Below, in pieces: positions 56,785 to 59,607 of a stretch of DNA of 59,607 bases; position 1 is the stretch's first letter, and every line of letters starts with the position of its first letter. The notes beneath the pieces were generated by a model. The model did no database searches and was not told the origin of the DNA. It worked only from the letters and a program-made list of their open reading frames with translations. The DNA is from Flavobacteriales bacterium. Its GTDB lineage: Bacteria; Bacteroidota; Bacteroidia; Flavobacteriales_D; Crocinitomicaceae. The DNA is taken from contig CANGLG010000001.1 of assembly GCA_947454395.1 (NCBI GenBank), positions 1 through 59,607 of the forward strand, read 5' to 3'. A program made the translations under genes and the position numbers.

Positions 56785-57132
56785 TTATTGAGGAATCTTG
56801 CTTTTAATTGTCCAACCAATTAACATGGCCCTTTGATTTGCCTGTTTGGCAACTTCACCTGAGAAATTGGAATCAACAGTTTCATTGAACAATGAAATCC
56901 ACTTTTGAAAATGTTCTTCTTTCAAAGGCATATGCAGATGTTTTTCAACCACATTTGTAGTATAACCAGGCTCGTTCAATAATGCGAAAGACCAAAAATG
57001 AATCATTTTAGGCATGTGCTTTTCAAAATCCAAATCACTGAAAAATGGAGCCAGCGATTCATCTTCCAAAACCTTGCTGTAAAACTCATTTACAAGTAAA
57101 GAAATATCTTCTTTGGTTTCAATGTCTTTCAT
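56785..57132 (-). CDS. group III truncated haemoglobin-like globin
   Basis: 115 aa. LVNEFYSKVLEDESLAPFF...HMPKMIHFWSFALL...HLHMPLKEEHFQKWISLFNETVD...A.QRA fits the small Bacteroidota truncated globin pattern as I recall it. Confidence 0.65.
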   Translation of the reverse strand: MKDIETKEDISLLVNEFYSKVLEDESLAPFFSDLDFEKHMPKMIHFWSFALLNEPGYTTNVVEKHLHMPLKEEHFQKWISLFNETVDSNFSGEVAKQANQRAMLIGWTIKSKIPQ

Positions 57133-57136
57133 TTGA

Positions 57137-57144
57137 CAAATTTA
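57137..57144 (-). promoter_or_regulatory. putative -7 box TAAATTTG upstream of the truncated globin gene
   Basis: 4 nt before the ATG at 57132. Confidence 0.4.
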
Positions 57145-57184
57145 AAGGTAACTCTAAATTTATTTTTAAATTCAACCCAAAATA

Positions 57185-59607
57185 ATGTTAATGTTCCGCG
57201 CAATTGTATTTTTAATTATCAACCTCGTTTTTTTTCATTCGTTCGGACAAGTATATGATGGCACTTACAAAATAAAAAAACAAAATCCGAAAGCTGCTGG
57301 TTGTGCCCCGCCAACAACAACTACTTACTTAGAATTGAACAATGTTCGTGCAATGGTTCATACTGCAGGGAATTTGTGGCAAGTTCCAAATCAAAACTAT
57401 TCGGTATATGAAGTTCCTAAAAACTCAGGAATTAATGCATTATTTACTGCAGCGCTTTGGCTTGGCGGAACTGATGTAAATAATCAATTAAAATTAGCTG
57501 CGCTGCGCTATCGAAACGGACAAGATTATTGGACAGGACCATTATCAAAAGTACAAGGGGAAACGAATTACGAAAACTGCAACAAATATGACAAACATTT
57601 TATCACTACACAAGATGCAATTCGTGAATTCAATACTTGGTATGAAGCAGGAATTTATGATCAACAAAATGGTACAAATACCCAATCTGAATTATTTCCG
57701 GATTATAAAGTTCCGGACATCGTAAAAACGTGGCCTGCACATGGAGATATTTCTCAGGGACAGGATTATTACTTGGCTCCATTTTACGACTATAATAGCG
57801 ATGGAAACTACAATTGGCAAGACGGAGATTTCCCATGGCACGACATCAAAAAGACAAAGGAATGTAGCGTTGATCGAAAAGTTTCGCTTTATGGTGACAT
57901 CAATTATTGGTGGGTCATGAACGACCGAGGGAATATTCATTCCGAAACAGGTGCTGATCCAATCGGAATGGAAATCAGGGCGCAAGCTTTTGCATTTGCC
58001 TCCAATGACGAAATCAATAACATGACATTCTATAATTATGAATTGATTAACCGTGGAACACAAACACTCTATAATACTTACTTTGGTTTTTTTACGGACG
58101 GAGCGCTTGGTGACCCATTTGATGACTATGTGGGTTGTGATGTCAATCGCGGATTAGGTTATTACTACAATGGGGATAATTACGACGGTGATAACTCTGG
58201 ATTCAAAGGTTATGGTTTTGCTCCACCTGCAGTTGGTGTTGACTTTTTCGAAGGGCCATACCAAGATAACGACGGTATAGACAATGCTTTTGGAATTGGA
58301 AATGATGAGGCATTGAATGGAATAGGATATGGAGATGGAATAATTGATAACGAACGATTTGGAATGCGACGCTTCCTTTATTATTCGAATACGACAAATG
58401 GTGCAAATCCCAATCAAACCGATCCTATTAATTCATCTGATTACTACAATTACTTAAGGGGATTTTGGAAAGATGGGTCTAAATTTGTTTACGGTGGTAG
58501 CGGTCACATTTCTGACCCAGATGCGAATCCACTTGTGCCTTGCGACTTTATGTTTCCTGGAAATACAGATCCATTGGGTTGGGGAACCGGTGGCGTCCCT
58601 CAAGCAAATTGGACAGAACAAACAGCAAATAATACACCTAATGACAGGCGCTTCGTTCAATCGGCTGGACCATTTGTATTGAAACCGGGAGCAGTAAACA
58701 ACATTACAGTTGGCGTTGTTTGGGCAAGGTCTCCAAATGGAGATCCATTCGAATCGGTAGAAGCCTTGCGCACGGCAGACGACAAAGCTCAAGCTTTGTT
58801 TGAAAATTGCTTTAAAGTTCTTGATGCACCGCATGCTCCTGAACTTCAAATTCAAGAATTAAACAATGAACTGATTTTAACCTTATCAAATCCCATTAAT
58901 TCAAATAATTATAATGAAAGCTACGAAGAATATGACCCATTCATAGCTACAGTAGATCCAAACGCAGATAAATCCTACCGTTTTCAGGGTTATCAAATTT
59001 TTCAATTGAAAGATACAAAAGTTTCGATTTCTGAACTTAACGACCCCACAAAAGCTAGATTGGCTGCACAATGCGACATTAAAGACAATGTAGGTAAAAT
59101 CATTAATTTTGAATTCAGCGATGAATTAAATGCCAGTATTCCTGTTCAGCGAGTTAATGGTGAAAACAAAGGAATTCGCCACAGTTTTTCAATCAAAACA
59201 GATCTTTTTGCACAGGGAAATTCTCAACTCGTTAATTTCAAGCGTTACTATTATGTAGCCATTGCTTATGCATATAACAATTATAAAAATTATACTCCTG
59301 ACGACCCAACAGCAATTGACGGACAAAAGAAAAGATACATTGCTAGTAGAAAAGCGGCTATTGGAGAAGTTAAACCGGTAGAAGCAATTCCACATTTTCC
59401 TCAACCGGAGGCTGGAGGAACTAAATACCATTTAAGTTACGGTTCATCTCCACAGATTACACGAATTGATGGATATGGAAATGGTAATCGTTCCTTAGAA
59501 TTTGATGATGTTACATTGAGTAATATTTTGGCGAATGGTTACATGGAAAATCCTACATATGATTATGGAAAGGGTCCAATAAACATTAAGGTGGTAGACC
59601 CATTGAA
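57185..59607 (+). CDS. large secreted hypothetical protein, N-terminal 807 aa (continues past the right window edge)
   Basis: ATG at 57185. Signal peptide MLMFRAIVFLIINLVFFHSFG|QVYDG. I translated this frame by eye and found no stop through 59607. Absent from the ORF track because there is no stop. Every track ORF in this region is a short antisense ORF. Confidence 0.8.
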   Translation, partial: MLMFRAIVFLIINLVFFHSFGQVYDGTYKIKKQNPKAAGCAPPTTTTYLELNNVRAMVHTAGNLWQVPNQNYSVYEVPKNSGINALFTAALWLGGTDVNNQLKLAALRYRNGQDYWTGPLSKVQGETNYENCNKYDKHFITTQDAIREFNTWYEAGIYDQQNGTNTQSELFPDYKVPDIVKTWPAHGDISQGQDYYLAPFYDYNSDGNYNWQDGDFPWHDIKKTKECSVDRKVSLYGDINYWWVMNDRGNIHSETGADPIGMEIRAQAFAFASNDEINNMTFYNYELINRGTQTLYNTYFGFFTDGALGDPFDDYVGCDVNRGLGYYYNGDNYDGDNSGFKGYGFAPPAVGVDFFEGPYQDNDGIDNAFGIGNDEALNGIGYGDGIIDNERFGMRRFLYYSNTTNGANPNQTDPINSSDYYNYLRGFWKDGSKFVYGGSGHISDPDANPLVPCDFMFPGNTDPLGWGTGGVPQANWTEQTANNTPNDRRFVQSAGPFVLKPGAVNNITVGVVWARSPNGDPFESVEALRTADDKAQALFENCFKVLDAPHAPELQIQELNNELILTLSNPINSNNYNESYEEYDPFIATVDPNADKSYRFQGYQIFQLKDTKVSISELNDPTKARLAAQCDIKDNVGKIINFEFSDELNASIPVQRVNGENKGIRHSFSIKTDLFAQGNSQLVNFKRYYYVAIAYAYNNYKNYTPDDPTAIDGQKKRYIASRKAAIGEVKPVEAIPHFPQPEAGGTKYHLSYGSSPQITRIDGYGNGNRSLEFDDVTLSNILANGYMENPTYDYGKGPINIKVVDPL

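Noticed and set aside
57630-59431. Six minus-strand track ORFs of 67-133 aa (57630..57836, 57692..58063, 58154..58417, 58203..58406, 58454..58855, 59189..59431).
   Set aside because: All lie antisense to a single uninterrupted 2.4-kb plus-strand frame with a signal peptide. They are Cys/His/Ile-rich nonsense typical of shadow frames.
1-59607. Scan of the whole window for CRISPR arrays, transposases, integrases, phage genes, restriction-modification, toxin-antitoxin pairs or known defence-system domains.
   Set aside because: None was recognised. There are no spaced direct-repeat arrays, no DDE or tyrosine-recombinase motifs, and every ORF over 300 aa is accounted for by a housekeeping, transporter, T9SS-related or envelope family.

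Overview
This 59.6 kb window is densely packed, AT-rich chromosomal DNA with about 60 genes and almost no gaps over 180 nt. It reads as the core genome of a Bacteroidota, probably a Flavobacteriia-type organism. The taxon call rests on these features:
- Type IX secretion (T9SS) sorting domains of both type A and type B.
- A PorW/SprE-like lipoprotein.
- A PorE-like protein with TPR, beta-propeller, CRD and OmpA domains.
- A MurF-Alr fusion.
- The Bacteroidota -7 promoter box TAnnTTTG in front of about 18 transcription units.
- Gln at +1 of most signal-peptidase-I cleavage sites.

Housekeeping genes dominate: tdk, mgtE, purK, hpt-adk-obg, lpdA, lptB, tatC, pheS, rluD, apt, rpsU, dtd, rsgA and one tRNA-Ser(GGA). 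I recognise no CRISPR array, transposase, integrase, prophage, restriction-modification, toxin-antitoxin or known defence genes.

I did not find a clear-cut novel system. The least explained loci are:
1. The translationally coupled minus-strand string at 0.9-6.7 kb (OM-barrel-like protein, HTH protein, extended SDR, CPBP protease, SDR, 7-TM protein), with a truncated mini-paralog of the barrel gene and a convergent CrtO/CruD-like acyltransferase.
2. The sprE-bactofilin-atpZ-membrane gene string, which has no ATP synthase genes.
3. A type-B T9SS adhesin that is coupled to a small basic lipoprotein rather than a SprF-like partner.
4. Three tandem single-domain lipoprotein paralogs at 34.7-35.9 kb.

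Two real genes run off the window edges and are missing from the ORF track: 1..197 (minus) and 57185..59607 (plus). Many track ORFs begin at upstream TTG/GTG codons. I trimmed them where an ATG, stop/start overlap geometry or a promoter box argued for a shorter gene.

All product calls rest on motifs read by eye. No database search was run.
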